Shown here piece by piece: positions 43,123-53,017 of a DNA stretch of 64,000 nt. How positions within the stretch are numbered: position 1 is the stretch's first letter; each line of letters opens with the position of its first letter. The stretch comes from Candidatus Eiseniibacteriota bacterium (GTDB lineage Bacteria; Eisenbacteria; RBG-16-71-46; CAVPCR01), in the NCBI GenBank assembly GCA_963823555.1, contig CAWGMA010000001.1, positions 1,728,001 through 1,792,000 on the forward strand, given 5' to 3'. The notes under the pieces were generated by a model. That model searched no databases and was not told the DNA's origin. It saw nothing but the letters and a program-made list of their open reading frames with translations. The position numbers and the translations under genes were made by a program.

Positions 43123-44016
43123 TCAGGTCTCGCGGCGATCGACGAGCCAGACACCGAGGATGATGAGCGCTCCGCCCAGGAGCGAGACCGGCATGATCGT
43201 CTCCCCGAGGACCAGGCGGGCGACGACGACCGCCACCAGCGGTTCGAGGTAGAGCAATACTCCGACCTGTGAAGCCGGCATCGCCTTCAAGGCGTCGTAC
43301 CAGAAGATGTAGGCCAGTCCGGAACAGAAGACCCCGAGGAACCCGAGCGCCATCCAGCCGCGACCGGACAGCTGCGCGACCTCGGCCAGGGATGGACCAC
43401 CGATCAGGAGGAAGGTCGCGAGCAGCCAGCCCAGCCCCATCACATAGAGCATCATGAGAGCGGCCGGATGGCGCTTGAGCCCGCGCCGCGACAGCACCGA
43501 GAACACCGCCCAGTTGGGCGCGCTCAAGAGGATCAACCGATCCCCCGCATTCCCGAAGCCGCCGTTCCAGAGCTGGGCGACGTGCCCCTTCCCTACCACG
43601 AGGATGACGCCCGCCGCGGCGAGCGCAATACCCGCGGAGCGCAGCCAGCCGATCCGCTCCCCGAGCACGAGCCACCCCAGGAGCGCCATGAAGATCGGCG
43701 ACGTGGAGACGATCCACGACGTCGTCGAAGCTTCGGCGGTCCTGAGACCGTTGGCCTGCAGCCACTGATGGAATGTGACGCCGAGAAAGCCGAGGCAGGC
43801 GAAGTAGACGAGGTCGCGCCGCCCAACGCGGGCGAGCTCGCGGCGCGCCGCAGCGGTCACGGCGAGAACCGCGACACCCGTGGCGAAGCGCAGGCAGATG
43901 ATCGTGGCGGGAGAAAGGTCTTCGAGCGCCACCTTGGTGGCGATGAAGGAGGCACCCCACACGACGACGGCGACCAGCGCCTTCGTGACGGCGATCGCGC
44001 GCGGGTGCGAACTCAA
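43123..44016 (-). CDS. DMT/EamA family transporter
   Basis: About 10 TM; VWGASFIATK, LRF, LGERI, LGVFCSGLAY, YLEP, LGE; TTG start. Confidence 0.92.
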   Translation of the reverse strand: MSSHPRAIAVTKALVAVVVWGASFIATKVALEDLSPATIICLRFATGVAVLAVTAAARRELARVGRRDLVYFACLGFLGVTFHQWLQANGLRTAEASTTSWIVSTSPIFMALLGWLVLGERIGWLRSAGIALAAAGVILVVGKGHVAQLWNGGFGNAGDRLILLSAPNWAVFSVLSRRGLKRHPAALMMLYVMGLGWLLATFLLIGGPSLAEVAQLSGRGWMALGFLGVFCSGLAYIFWYDALKAMPASQVGVLLYLEPLVAVVVARLVLGETIMPVSLLGGALIILGVWLVDRRET

Positions 44017-44105
44017 AGGCGGAGATCTCTCACGGGATCAGAGAGGGGTGCGGCCATCCTCAGGCGCGCGTTCCGGCCGATCGGGACAACGGGAGGAGAG
44101 AGAAG

Positions 44106-44182
<77 letters not shown>

Positions 44183-44202
44183 GCCAAACTCAAGGACCAA
44201 AT

Positions 44203-44232
44203 AGGCTAGCCGAGGCCCCGGCGGTGTGTCAA
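44203..44232 (-). promoter_or_regulatory. Sigma-70-type promoter of tRNA-Asp
   Basis: TTGACA-N18-TAGCCT, ending 20 nt upstream of the tRNA. Confidence 0.7.
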
Positions 44233-44248
44233 TGGGATTCCCCGCGCC

Positions 44249-44896
44249 CTAGGGTCGGCGATCCGCCTGCGCCCGAGCCAGTTCCCCGATGAAGGGCAGC
44301 AGGTAGGTCTCGTGCTTGAGCGCCTTCCACATGGCCAGGAGCCAGACCAGGACGAAGCCCACGGCCGCCATCGCGAACAGCCCCTTCCCGATGAGCGGTA
44401 CCAGGAGCACCACGGCGCCGACCAGGGCCAGCGCCGCGGTAAGGAGCATCGACTGCATGGCGTGAAAGCGCACGAAGCGGTTCCCCGGCTCGTAGAGGAA
44501 GTAAAAGATGAGCCCGCTCATGGCCCAACCGAGATAGGCGAGGGCGCCGGCGTGGTGAGGAGCGAGCAGGACCTGCCCCTCGTCTGCCGCCCTGGCGCCG
44601 GTTGCCGTGCCCGCCGCTGCCTCCTGGGTAGACGCAGGCCGAGGGGCCTCCTTGACGAGCACATCGGCGGCCATCGCGCGCAGCCGCTCGCTGGCAGTCC
44701 GGGCCGCATCTTGCAGTTCCTCGATGGCCACCGCCGTCTCGGAACGCACCTCCCGGCCCACGGCCCGCGCCGCCACCTCGGCCTTCTCGGCGGCGACATG
44801 GAACGCGCGACGAGCCTCCTCGATAGCCTGCGTGAGATCTTGACCTCTGGACTCCGTGGAGCCTCTCTCCTCGCCCTGGGATCCCTGTTCGTCCAT
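44249..44896 (-). CDS. DUF4870-like membrane protein with an N-terminal helical extension
   Basis: AGALAYLGW..GLIF, FVRFHAMQS, KA...YLLPFIG. Confidence 0.8.
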   Translation of the reverse strand: MDEQGSQGEERGSTESRGQDLTQAIEEARRAFHVAAEKAEVAARAVGREVRSETAVAIEELQDAARTASERLRAMAADVLVKEAPRPASTQEAAAGTATGARAADEGQVLLAPHHAGALAYLGWAMSGLIFYFLYEPGNRFVRFHAMQSMLLTAALALVGAVVLLVPLIGKGLFAMAAVGFVLVWLLAMWKALKHETYLLPFIGELARAQADRRP

Positions 44897-45053
44897 GCCA
44901 CCAGTCTACCAGATGCCACTCCGAGCCCCCACGAATGCCCGGGGCGCTAAGGATCTACCCCTGGCCGCTCGATAATCGGGGCAAGCTGGCCGCCTTCCCG
45001 ACACCCGTTACCCACCATCTCATCCTGAGATAGCACCTCGGTAAAGGAGCTCA

Positions 45054-45695
45054 ATGCCCCGCTCCGTGGCTCGGCCCAAGCCTCTCCCCCAACCACTCCG
45101 CACCTTCTCGCCGGGACCGGGGGCCGCAGTCGATATCGCGCTCAAGACCGATCTCGCCAGTTCGTATCGCGAGATTCGCCGCCTCCGCTCCTGGCTGGGT
45201 CACCTGGCCGAGATCGCGGACATGCCGCCGCTCGCGCTCTTCGAGTTCCGCCTGGCTGCAATCGAGACATTCGTGCACATGATCGAGGATGCCTACCAGG
45301 GGGATGAGCACGGCGTGGTCAAGGCGACCTTGCTCGTACGCGGACCCGAGGTCCGCCTCGTGCTTCGCGATTACGGGCAGAAGCTGATGCCGCTCTCGGA
45401 GGACAAGAGCCGGGTTCCGGAGGGCATGGGCAGCGAGCTGTTCTTGATCCAGCGCCTGGCCGACGAGGTCAAGTTCCACACCTCGTTGCCTCGGGGTTCG
45501 GCGGTGGAGATCATGAAACGGCTCGAGACGCCAGGAAGCACGCCCCCCGCCGGGAGAACAGCGGCCAGCGAGCCCATGACGTTGGCATCGCCGACGACCG
45601 CGTCAGAGCCTGGTCGCGCCCGCACCCGCGTGCGACGCAAGAGTCCCGCTGCTCGCGCACCGCGTTCCGCTACGGGAGCTCAGGGCAGCACCTGA
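45054..45695 (+). CDS. RsbW-like anti-sigma/HATPase-fold protein with degenerate nucleotide-binding boxes
   Basis: FRLAAIETFVHMIEDAY, LRDYG, GMGSELFLIQRLADEV; AAAGGAG SD. Confidence 0.7.
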   Translation: MPRSVARPKPLPQPLRTFSPGPGAAVDIALKTDLASSYREIRRLRSWLGHLAEIADMPPLALFEFRLAAIETFVHMIEDAYQGDEHGVVKATLLVRGPEVRLVLRDYGQKLMPLSEDKSRVPEGMGSELFLIQRLADEVKFHTSLPRGSAVEIMKRLETPGSTPPAGRTAASEPMTLASPTTASEPGRARTRVRRKSPAARAPRSATGAQGST

Positions 45696-45761
45696 AGCAC
45701 GGCACTCACGTTATCGGGCTGCCGGAGATGCCGGCCGGAGAGAAAGGGACCTCGAGAGCGC

Positions 45762-46166
45762 TCAGGCTTCGGCGGGATCCGGAGTCTGCGTCGTGATCCC
45801 TCCGCCGTGACCGGATTCCTGTCCCCGGTCCGGCTCCTGCTGGAACGTGTGGTGACACTCGCGGCAAGTGAGCAGGACATAGCTCTCCGCATCCAGCTCG
45901 GGAACCGTGTACGTCACGGCGTAGCCCGCAGCCAGACACTGCGGGCACCGCACGGGAAAGAGCCTCAACCCGGGCCGGTGTCCCGTTTCCAGGGACATGG
46001 CACCGCCGGGCGCGACCTCGTACATGCGGTGGCAAGCGGGGCAAGCCGCAAAAACGACCTCCGACTCGGCCTCGAGTTCGAGCCGGAGCGCGATCTCGAG
46101 GCTGGTCTCCCCAGGGCACAATGGGCAGGGCACCCGGGCGAGATCGGGGAGAACAGGGCTCGGCAT
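45762..46166 (-). CDS. Small protein with four CxxC motifs (two putative zinc ribbons)
   Basis: CPLC, CPAC, CPQC, CREC; GGAGG SD before ATG 46166. Confidence 0.7.
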   Translation of the reverse strand: MPSPVLPDLARVPCPLCPGETSLEIALRLELEAESEVVFAACPACHRMYEVAPGGAMSLETGHRPGLRLFPVRCPQCLAAGYAVTYTVPELDAESYVLLTCRECHHTFQQEPDRGQESGHGGGITTQTPDPAEA

Positions 46167-46259
46167 AGAAGTCCCTCCACCTGAAATCGTGGGGACCTCG
46201 GCGCACGACGGGGGAAAGGTGGCGGTAGGATAGCACACACTGTGCGGCCGAGTCGAGAA

Positions 46260-47648
46260 CTAGCGCGTAGCCAGAGGGAAAACCTCCGTCCCGCGCAGCG
46301 CTTGTCCACCGTCATCGAGGTGGACGAGTCGGATCCCGGGATAGTAGTGCTCGAGAATGTCGGCGTGGTCGTGTCCGCGGGCCGCCATGCCCAGGGCACC
46401 GGCCTGACACATGCCGACACCGTGCCCGTTTCCGGCACCGCGAGCCACGACGGTCTCCACTCGATTGCCGCGCTTCTCGACCTCGAGCTCGAACTGCGTG
46501 GATCGCAGGATCGCGCCGCGGCCCCCCGGGCGTCTGAGGACCCATCGGATGCGGTCACCGCGCTCCCCGCCGAGCCGATATTCGCGTCCCCCGGCGCGCA
46601 CCTCGAGAACCCTCACCCGGCCGGAGGAGTTGCGGGCGACGACCCGCACGTCCTCCAATGGACCCTGTGGTTCTGGACCGCCAAATTCCTTCCCTGCATA
46701 GCGTTCGAGCAGGTTCATGAACTCGTTTCCAGTCCACCGCTCCTCCCAGCGGTAGTGCGGGGATGCCGAACAGAAATCGGCCCCTCCCTGCCGATCCGGG
46801 TGCGGTTCGAGGTACGGCTCAGGGGGGAAATTCCACGTCTCCTCGACGGCGGCCGTCATCCCACCGCACGCGGCCGAGTAGTACGCGCCGATCAGAACGC
46901 CGTTGTAGACCGCCACCACGCCGGACGTCTCGGTCACCGCCCGCGATGCACCCGGACGCTCCGCGGACTCACCGCCATAGGCCTGATCGCGCACGTCCCC
47001 GTGGAGGTCGAACCCGAGCTCCGGCCAGCGCTCGAGATGAGACACGGCATAGGTGCGCGCCGCCACGGCCTGGGCCTTCACCGCCTCGATCGCCTCGGCT
47101 CCCGGTGAGCCGATCTCGAGGGGGACGACGCCGAGGAGGTAGTCCTCGAGCTCGACGACGTTCACGGCCGTGAGACGACCCCCCTGGTCGGCGAAGACCT
47201 CGATCCAACCCCGGTAGGAAACCCCATCCGCGGCGAGGAGCATCTCCGCGGGCGGCCGCAGGCGAAGCGTATCGGCAAAGACCCGGGGCTCAGCCCCGCC
47301 AGGATGGACCCTGATCCGGCCCGGGACCGAGGCGGAGAGGCTCATGCGGCGAAACCGCCCGCTCACCTCTCCTCGGATCGTCTCGAGCACGACGGGTTCC
47401 CTGGCGGTCACGGCCAGGGAGTCCTTGCCCACGGCGATCCCGATCCGTAGCGGGCGATCCGGGAGCAAGGGCAAGCGCGCCGCGGGCGGCGCGGTCGGGG
47501 GACTGGGCTTCTTCCCAGCGCAACCGCCGAGGAGGAAGATCGCGGCCAGAAGGAAAGCGGGCGCCGCGTTCCCGAGAAGCCCCCCCGGGGCAGAACGGAG
47601 GCTAACCGGGCGGCCCGGAGCGCATGGACCGATCCTGCTCGTCGCCAT
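46260..47648 (-). CDS. SpoIID/LytB-domain lipoprotein (peptidoglycan lytic transglycosylase); start uncertain
   Basis: Lipobox LLGGC; YRG, VNVVELEDYLLGVVPLE, EAVKAQAVAARTYA, DQAY, YSAACGG, GHGVGMCQAGA, ILEHYYPG. Confidence 0.9.
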   Translation of the reverse strand: MATSRIGPCAPGRPVSLRSAPGGLLGNAAPAFLLAAIFLLGGCAGKKPSPPTAPPAARLPLLPDRPLRIGIAVGKDSLAVTAREPVVLETIRGEVSGRFRRMSLSASVPGRIRVHPGGAEPRVFADTLRLRPPAEMLLAADGVSYRGWIEVFADQGGRLTAVNVVELEDYLLGVVPLEIGSPGAEAIEAVKAQAVAARTYAVSHLERWPELGFDLHGDVRDQAYGGESAERPGASRAVTETSGVVAVYNGVLIGAYYSAACGGMTAAVEETWNFPPEPYLEPHPDRQGGADFCSASPHYRWEERWTGNEFMNLLERYAGKEFGGPEPQGPLEDVRVVARNSSGRVRVLEVRAGGREYRLGGERGDRIRWVLRRPGGRGAILRSTQFELEVEKRGNRVETVVARGAGNGHGVGMCQAGALGMAARGHDHADILEHYYPGIRLVHLDDGGQALRGTEVFPLATR

Positions 47649-47754
47649 CGCACGTCGTCCCTGATGGGCTTGCATCACACTGCGCCACGAGAAACGCGAG
47701 AACGTGCCTGCTGGGGCACGTTCTCGCGTCAGCTCGACATCGGAATCGAAGGTG

Positions 47755-49041
47755 TTATTTGCTCGCGGCCGGGATCGTCACCTCGCCCCGCTTCTGCCCG
47801 CCGTAGAAGGCCACGCCGAGCCCCTTCGACCAGTAGAAGGCCGCATCCATGTTGTTGCCGCTCGAGTCGGTGTAGGAGCGGTACTCCTCCGGAGGTCCCT
47901 TCTCGGTGATCATCTTCGGGAGATCGCCGCTGGCGTACTTCGGATCCGCCTTCAGGCTCTCGGCATCCTGCTCGCTGCCCTTGGCCAGGCTGTTGTACAG
48001 GATGATCCAGCTCTCGGCCGAGGTGTTGTCGCCTGACTGGCGGAGAATGCTGGCCTTCAGCCGGTACCCGTCCGCATCGTGCGGGTCGGCGGCGATGTAG
48101 AGATCGCAGTACTCCGTCGCCTTGGCGAAGTCCTTGGCCTGAATCTCCAGCATACAGAGCTGGTAGTAGACAGCGAGCCTGTCCTGCTTGCTCTCGGCGG
48201 TCGGAGTGAACTTGAGGAGCGCCTCGCGTGCCGGGTCGATCGCTGTCGAGTCCCCGGCGAAGGCCATCATCGCGTACGAAGAGCCGATCTGGTACTGGAG
48301 GTTGGGATTGCTGGAGTCGACCTTCTCGGCCTCCTCGTACCAGACGATGGCCGAGCTGAGAAGGCGCGTCCGTGCCGTGTCCTCGCTGACCTTCGCACCC
48401 TCCTTGTACAGGGCATCACCCTGCTCCATGTAGGAGCTGAGCAGATTGGTGCGCAACCCTTCGTGATCCGGGCACACCTTGAGCCCGGCCTGCAGCACCG
48501 GGATGGCTTCGGCGGGGCGGCCCATCTTGCTCAAGGCCGAGCCCTTTACGTTGTGGGCCTTGCAGCTGTCGGGAGCGATCTGGATGGCGATGTTCGCTTC
48601 ATCGATAGCGGGCTCATAGGCTTCCTTCTTGAAGTAGTCGAGCGACTGGTTGTAGTGCTGCACCCAGAAGGAACCGCGGTTGTTGAGCACCTTCTCGCGA
48701 TCCTTGCCTTCCGAGTACTTGACCGCTTCCATGAAGTAGCAGCCGGACTCGTCGAACTTCTCCATCTCCGCGGCCAGCATCCCCATGAACATGTTCCACT
48801 CCCACTGATCGGGAGTCCCGCACAGGGCGAGATGACCCTGCTCAAACGCCTTCGCCAGGACCTCGGGATCCGGCGGCTTGGTGGCGTGCGCCACGCCCCA
48901 GTAGGACTTGAGGGAGCGGCCGTGCATCTTCGGATCATCCACCTGCTCGCCATCGCATGACTGGCAGACATCGGCGCGCACGCCCGCACTCAGCCCTGCC
49001 AGCAGAACCATGACCAGCGCACCGATCCACTTCACTCTCAT
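47755..49041 (-). CDS. Exported TPR-repeat protein
   Basis: Signal peptide (AGVRA-D); TPR-like helices (AHNVKGSALSKMGRPAEA, LQYQIGSSY). Confidence 0.75.
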   Translation of the reverse strand: MRVKWIGALVMVLLAGLSAGVRADVCQSCDGEQVDDPKMHGRSLKSYWGVAHATKPPDPEVLAKAFEQGHLALCGTPDQWEWNMFMGMLAAEMEKFDESGCYFMEAVKYSEGKDREKVLNNRGSFWVQHYNQSLDYFKKEAYEPAIDEANIAIQIAPDSCKAHNVKGSALSKMGRPAEAIPVLQAGLKVCPDHEGLRTNLLSSYMEQGDALYKEGAKVSEDTARTRLLSSAIVWYEEAEKVDSSNPNLQYQIGSSYAMMAFAGDSTAIDPAREALLKFTPTAESKQDRLAVYYQLCMLEIQAKDFAKATEYCDLYIAADPHDADGYRLKASILRQSGDNTSAESWIILYNSLAKGSEQDAESLKADPKYASGDLPKMITEKGPPEEYRSYTDSSGNNMDAAFYWSKGLGVAFYGGQKRGEVTIPAASK

Positions 49042-49124
49042 CGTTCAGTCTCCCTGCTCGGGCAGAGGGCCTTGCTCGCGCCCGAGTCCAGATCAGTGGA
49101 GACGATCGCGCACCCTACAACCGG

Positions 49125-49907
49125 TCACCGTCCTGCTCCCGCCATGATTCCGCGGACGATCTGCCGCTGGAAGATGAGAAACACGGCGAGGACCGGCAGG
49201 GCTGCGATCGATGACCCCGCCATCAGATGACCCCAATCCACCGAATGCTCGCCTTGCGAGATCAGGGCCAAACCAACCGGCAGGGTACGCATCCCCTCTG
49301 AGCTTGTCAATACAAGGGGATAGAGGAATGAGTTCCAGTTCGCCAGGAAGGTATTGATGGCGAGAACGGCAAGTGCCGGCTTGACAAGAGGAAGCGAAAC
49401 GGAGGCGAAGATGCGCAGATCCCCTGCGCCATCCACCCTGGCTGCCTCCTCGAGCTCGACCGGGACCGAGAGGAACGCCTGGCGCATGAGGAAGACATTG
49501 AACGCATCGACGAGGAAGGGAACGATCAGCGCGGCATAGGTGTCGATCCATCCCAGCCGCGAGACCAGGAGATAGAGCGGGATCATGCTGATCTGTCGCG
49601 GCACCATGAGGGTCACCAGAACGGCGCCCATGACGAAGCCGCGCCCGCGGAAGCGCGCCCGGGCCAGGGCATGTCCTGCCATCGCTGCGAAGATCAGATT
49701 GCCGGCAACGACAGCGGCGGCCACCACGAAGGAATTGAACACGAAGCGCCCGAACATGCCGTCCTGCCAGACGCTCAGGTAGTGGGTGAAAACGCCCCGC
49801 TCGCCGCCGGCGAGGGACAGGCGAAACATGAGCGCCAGCGGGTAGAGCATGGTCAGGAGGGCCGGCACCAGGACCGCCAGGGTCAGGAATGAGGAGCGGC
49901 GGTTCAC
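49125..49907 (-). CDS. Carbohydrate ABC transporter permease (MalG-like)
   Basis: FNS, AGHALAR, FLMRQAF, ELEEAARVDGA (EAA motif), WNSFLYP, TLPVGL; GTG start overlaps the upstream stop. Confidence 0.92.
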   Translation of the reverse strand: MNRRSSFLTLAVLVPALLTMLYPLALMFRLSLAGGERGVFTHYLSVWQDGMFGRFVFNSFVVAAAVVAGNLIFAAMAGHALARARFRGRGFVMGAVLVTLMVPRQISMIPLYLLVSRLGWIDTYAALIVPFLVDAFNVFLMRQAFLSVPVELEEAARVDGAGDLRIFASVSLPLVKPALAVLAINTFLANWNSFLYPLVLTSSEGMRTLPVGLALISQGEHSVDWGHLMAGSSIAALPVLAVFLIFQRQIVRGIMAGAGR

Positions 49908-50770
49908 ACCAGGCTCCGCTGCTCGCTCTTCAACCAGCGCAGCTCGAGGAGCGAGAACACGGCCAGCACCGCGAACAGCAAGTAGGCGACCGCACTCGCA
50001 TAGCCCATGCGGAACTGGTGGAAGGCGGCATCGTAGAGATAGAGGACGACCGTCTCGGTGGAGTGCAGCGGGCCACCACCGGTCATCACGAACACCTCGA
50101 CGAAGATCTGGAAGGACCGCATGGTGTTGACGACCAGGATGAAGAGCGTCATCGGCTTCAAGCCCGGCCACGTCACATGCCGCAACCGGCCCCAGAAGCC
50201 GGCGCCGTCGAGCGCCGCCGCTTCGTAGAGGTCATCGGATATGGCCTCGAGCCCGGCGAGGTAGAGCACCATGTAGTAGCCCACGCTGGCCCATATGTCC
50301 ATGGCCATGATCGCGGGCAATGCGAGCTGGGGATCGAGGAGCCAGCGCTGCGCCGGCAGCCCGATCAGCTTGAGCACCTGGTTGAAGCTACCGAACGGCG
50401 CGTAGAGGTTCTTCCAGATGAGCGAGATCACGACCATCGATACCACGCTCGGCACGAAGAATCCGGCGCGGAACAGCGGGCGAACGGGCAGGGGCCGGCG
50501 GACGAGGAGGGCGAGACCCAGTGCGAGCGTCGTCGTGATCGGGATGGTGCCGAGAACGAAGACGAAGGTGTTACGCAGCGCGCCCCAGAATCGTGGTTCA
50601 CCGAGGGCGCGGGCGTAGTGATCGAGGCCGACGAAAGCCCCGGCGCGGGGGTTGAGCGGCGACCAGTCGAGGAAGCTCAGGGCGATCGATGCGGCGATCG
50701 GGAACAGGCTGAAGACACAGAAAGTGGCGAGGAAGGGCGACAGGAAGAGGAGAGCGCTCCTCTTCTTCAC
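49904..50770 (-). CDS. Carbohydrate ABC transporter permease (MalF-like)
   Basis: FVGLDHY, ALRNT, LYEAAALDGA, MTGGGP, MGYASA; GTG start overlaps the SBP stop. Confidence 0.92.
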   Translation of the reverse strand: MKKRSALLFLSPFLATFCVFSLFPIAASIALSFLDWSPLNPRAGAFVGLDHYARALGEPRFWGALRNTFVFVLGTIPITTTLALGLALLVRRPLPVRPLFRAGFFVPSVVSMVVISLIWKNLYAPFGSFNQVLKLIGLPAQRWLLDPQLALPAIMAMDIWASVGYYMVLYLAGLEAISDDLYEAAALDGAGFWGRLRHVTWPGLKPMTLFILVVNTMRSFQIFVEVFVMTGGGPLHSTETVVLYLYDAAFHQFRMGYASAVAYLLFAVLAVFSLLELRWLKSEQRSLV

Positions 50771-52056
50771 TGTCCGCGGTCCTCCGCCAGGAGCCGATCG
50801 ATTCCAGCAGCAGCATCGCTCACGGCTACCGCTGGCGTCTTCCGGCCGTAGAGCGCCTCCTCGATCTCCAGATCCAGCGCCTGTTCGATCTCGCCCCATC
50901 GGGGATGGGGCGGCGGGGCGACCGCGGTCGCGAGCTGTTCGACGAAGAGCCGGTCCCGGGGATGCTCCAGATAGTACGGATCCTCGGCGGCGCCGCGGGC
51001 GGCCGGCTGGACGCTCCGCGCCGCCCGGCACAGGGCCACTGCGTTGTCGGGCCGGATGAGGAAGCGAGCAAGCGCAATCGCCTGATCCGGGTGGCGTGAG
51101 CCCGTGAAGCTGACCAGGAACTCGCCGCCGGCGAAGGAGGCATGGCTGCCGCGGCCAGCCGCCGGACGCGGTACGAGGGCGACATCGTAATCGAGCTCCG
51201 GCGCGTTATCGGCGAGCGTGCGCAGGTTCCACGCCCCGGAGATCATCATCCCAACGCTACCCTCCTGGAAGGCCCGATCGATGACGTCCTGCTTCTCGAG
51301 CATGGACACCTTGGCGAGGCGGACGTAGAACTCGAGAGCCTCGACGTTCGCCCGCGACGCGAAGGCGGACCGGCCCATGTCAGGCGTGAGCACCGCGCCG
51401 CCGTTGCCCCAGGCGAAGGGCATGAACTTCTTGAAGAGGACATAGCGCTCGCCGGCGTTGAGCCCGAAGCCATGGATCTCAGGACCAAGGGCCGTGATCC
51501 TGGTCGCGGCCGTGATGAGCTCGTCCCAGGTCTCAGGGCCGCGCACCGGATCGAGTCCCGCGCGGCCGAAGAGCTCCCGGTTGTAGAACAGCGCCCGCGT
51601 CCCCACCACCCACGGCAATCCGTACACCTTCCCGGCGTGGCGCGCCGGCTCCCACTGCATGTACTTGCCGGCGAGCGTGTCGGCGACCGCCGACACATCG
51701 ACAAGGACGCCATCGGCGGCGAATCGCGGCAACCAGGTCGAGCCCAGCTCGCACAGATCGGGCGCATTGCCGGCGGCCAGGGCGGCCTGGATCTTCTCCT
51801 GCCCGGCCTGCCAGGTGAGCTGCTCGAGTTCGACCACGATGCCTGGGTTCTCGGCCTCGAAGCGATCGACGAGTGGGCGAATCCACTCCGTGCGCCAGAA
51901 CTGCCAGAAGCGAAGCACAATCTTCCCGTCAGCTTCCCCGCGCTCGCGACCGCCGCATCCGGCAACGAGAAGGAAGGCGAGGCTCGACACCAGGAGAAGG
52001 GCGATGATGCGCTGTGGATCTCGACGTCGAGCGCCACGGTCTGGCGGGTCGATCAT
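50767..52056 (-). CDS. Sugar ABC transporter substrate-binding lipoprotein
   Basis: Lipobox LVAGC; FEAENPGI, GNAPDL..LGSTW, YGLPW, LFYN, PxTWDEL, FAGG; ATG overlaps murQ TGA. Confidence 0.92.
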   Translation of the reverse strand: MIDPPDRGARRRDPQRIIALLLVSSLAFLLVAGCGGRERGEADGKIVLRFWQFWRTEWIRPLVDRFEAENPGIVVELEQLTWQAGQEKIQAALAAGNAPDLCELGSTWLPRFAADGVLVDVSAVADTLAGKYMQWEPARHAGKVYGLPWVVGTRALFYNRELFGRAGLDPVRGPETWDELITAATRITALGPEIHGFGLNAGERYVLFKKFMPFAWGNGGAVLTPDMGRSAFASRANVEALEFYVRLAKVSMLEKQDVIDRAFQEGSVGMMISGAWNLRTLADNAPELDYDVALVPRPAAGRGSHASFAGGEFLVSFTGSRHPDQAIALARFLIRPDNAVALCRAARSVQPAARGAAEDPYYLEHPRDRLFVEQLATAVAPPPHPRWGEIEQALDLEIEEALYGRKTPAVAVSDAAAGIDRLLAEDRGQ

Positions 52057-52988
52057 GGGCATTCCTCCCCCAGCGCGCGGCGCACCCAGCCACCCGCACG
52101 CTCGAGCCGCGCCTCGGCCTCCTCTCGACTCACGCCCAGGCGGCCGATGAGGATCGCGTTCTTGACCCTGCCCTCAGCCTCGGCCAGGAGCCGGGTGGCG
52201 ACCTCGTAGTCGACGTTGCAGGTCATCATGATCAATCGCTTGGCCCGCTCGGTGAGCTTACGGGAGTTGGCGCGTAGGTCGACCATGAGATTGCCATAGA
52301 CCTTGCCCAGTCGGACCATCGTCGCCGTCGAGATCATGTTGAGGATGAGTTTCTGCGCCGTTCCCGCCTTGAGTCGCGTCGACCCCATGATGGCCTCCGG
52401 GCCCAGCACCGGGCAGACAGCCACGTCGACCGTCGAGGAGGGGATCGAGCCTGCGGCGTTCATGGCAACGAGGATCGTTCCCGCTCCCAGTGCTCGCGCT
52501 TTCTCCAGAGCGGCCAGCACGAACGGCGTGCGCCGGCTCGCCGCCAACCCGACCACGACATCGGCCGCTCCCACCCCCCGGCTTTCGAGCGCGCTCACGG
52601 CTCCCTGCACGTCATCCTCGGCTCCTTCCACGGCCCGGATGAGAGCTCCCGGGCCGCCGGCCATCACGCCCTGCACGAGCTCGGGTTCGGTGCCGAAAGT
52701 GGGCGGGCACTCCGCGGCATCAAGCACCCCGAGGCGCCCCGAGGTGCCGGCGCCGACATAGATGAGCCTCCCGCCGCGAGAGAGGCGCTCGACGACGAGA
52801 TCGACGGCGCGAGCAATGTCGTCGATTTCCTGGCGCACGGCCAGGGGGACGGATTGGTCCTCTTCGTTGAGAAGGGCGAGGATCTCTCCCGCGGAGCGGC
52901 AGTCGAGATCGGCGGTGCGAGGATTCACCGCCTCGGTGGTGAGAGCGGAGAGTTGAGCGAAGATCTCGCGATCGCTCGAGTCGGTCAT
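52053..52988 (-). CDS. murQ: N-acetylmuramic acid 6-phosphate etherase
   Basis: LTTEAVN, GAGTSGRLGVLDAAECPPTF, AVEGAED, GPEAIMGSTRLKAGTAQK, GKVYGNLMVD. Confidence 0.96.
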   Translation of the reverse strand: MTDSSDREIFAQLSALTTEAVNPRTADLDCRSAGEILALLNEEDQSVPLAVRQEIDDIARAVDLVVERLSRGGRLIYVGAGTSGRLGVLDAAECPPTFGTEPELVQGVMAGGPGALIRAVEGAEDDVQGAVSALESRGVGAADVVVGLAASRRTPFVLAALEKARALGAGTILVAMNAAGSIPSSTVDVAVCPVLGPEAIMGSTRLKAGTAQKLILNMISTATMVRLGKVYGNLMVDLRANSRKLTERAKRLIMMTCNVDYEVATRLLAEAEGRVKNAILIGRLGVSREEAEARLERAGGWVRRALGEECP

Positions 52989-53017
52989 TGCGTGGTGGAG
53001 GGTCGTCCGCCCCGACG

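Noticed and set aside
48940..48975. Heme c motif in the TPR protein (CQSC)
   Set aside because: The sequence is CxxCD, not CxxCH.
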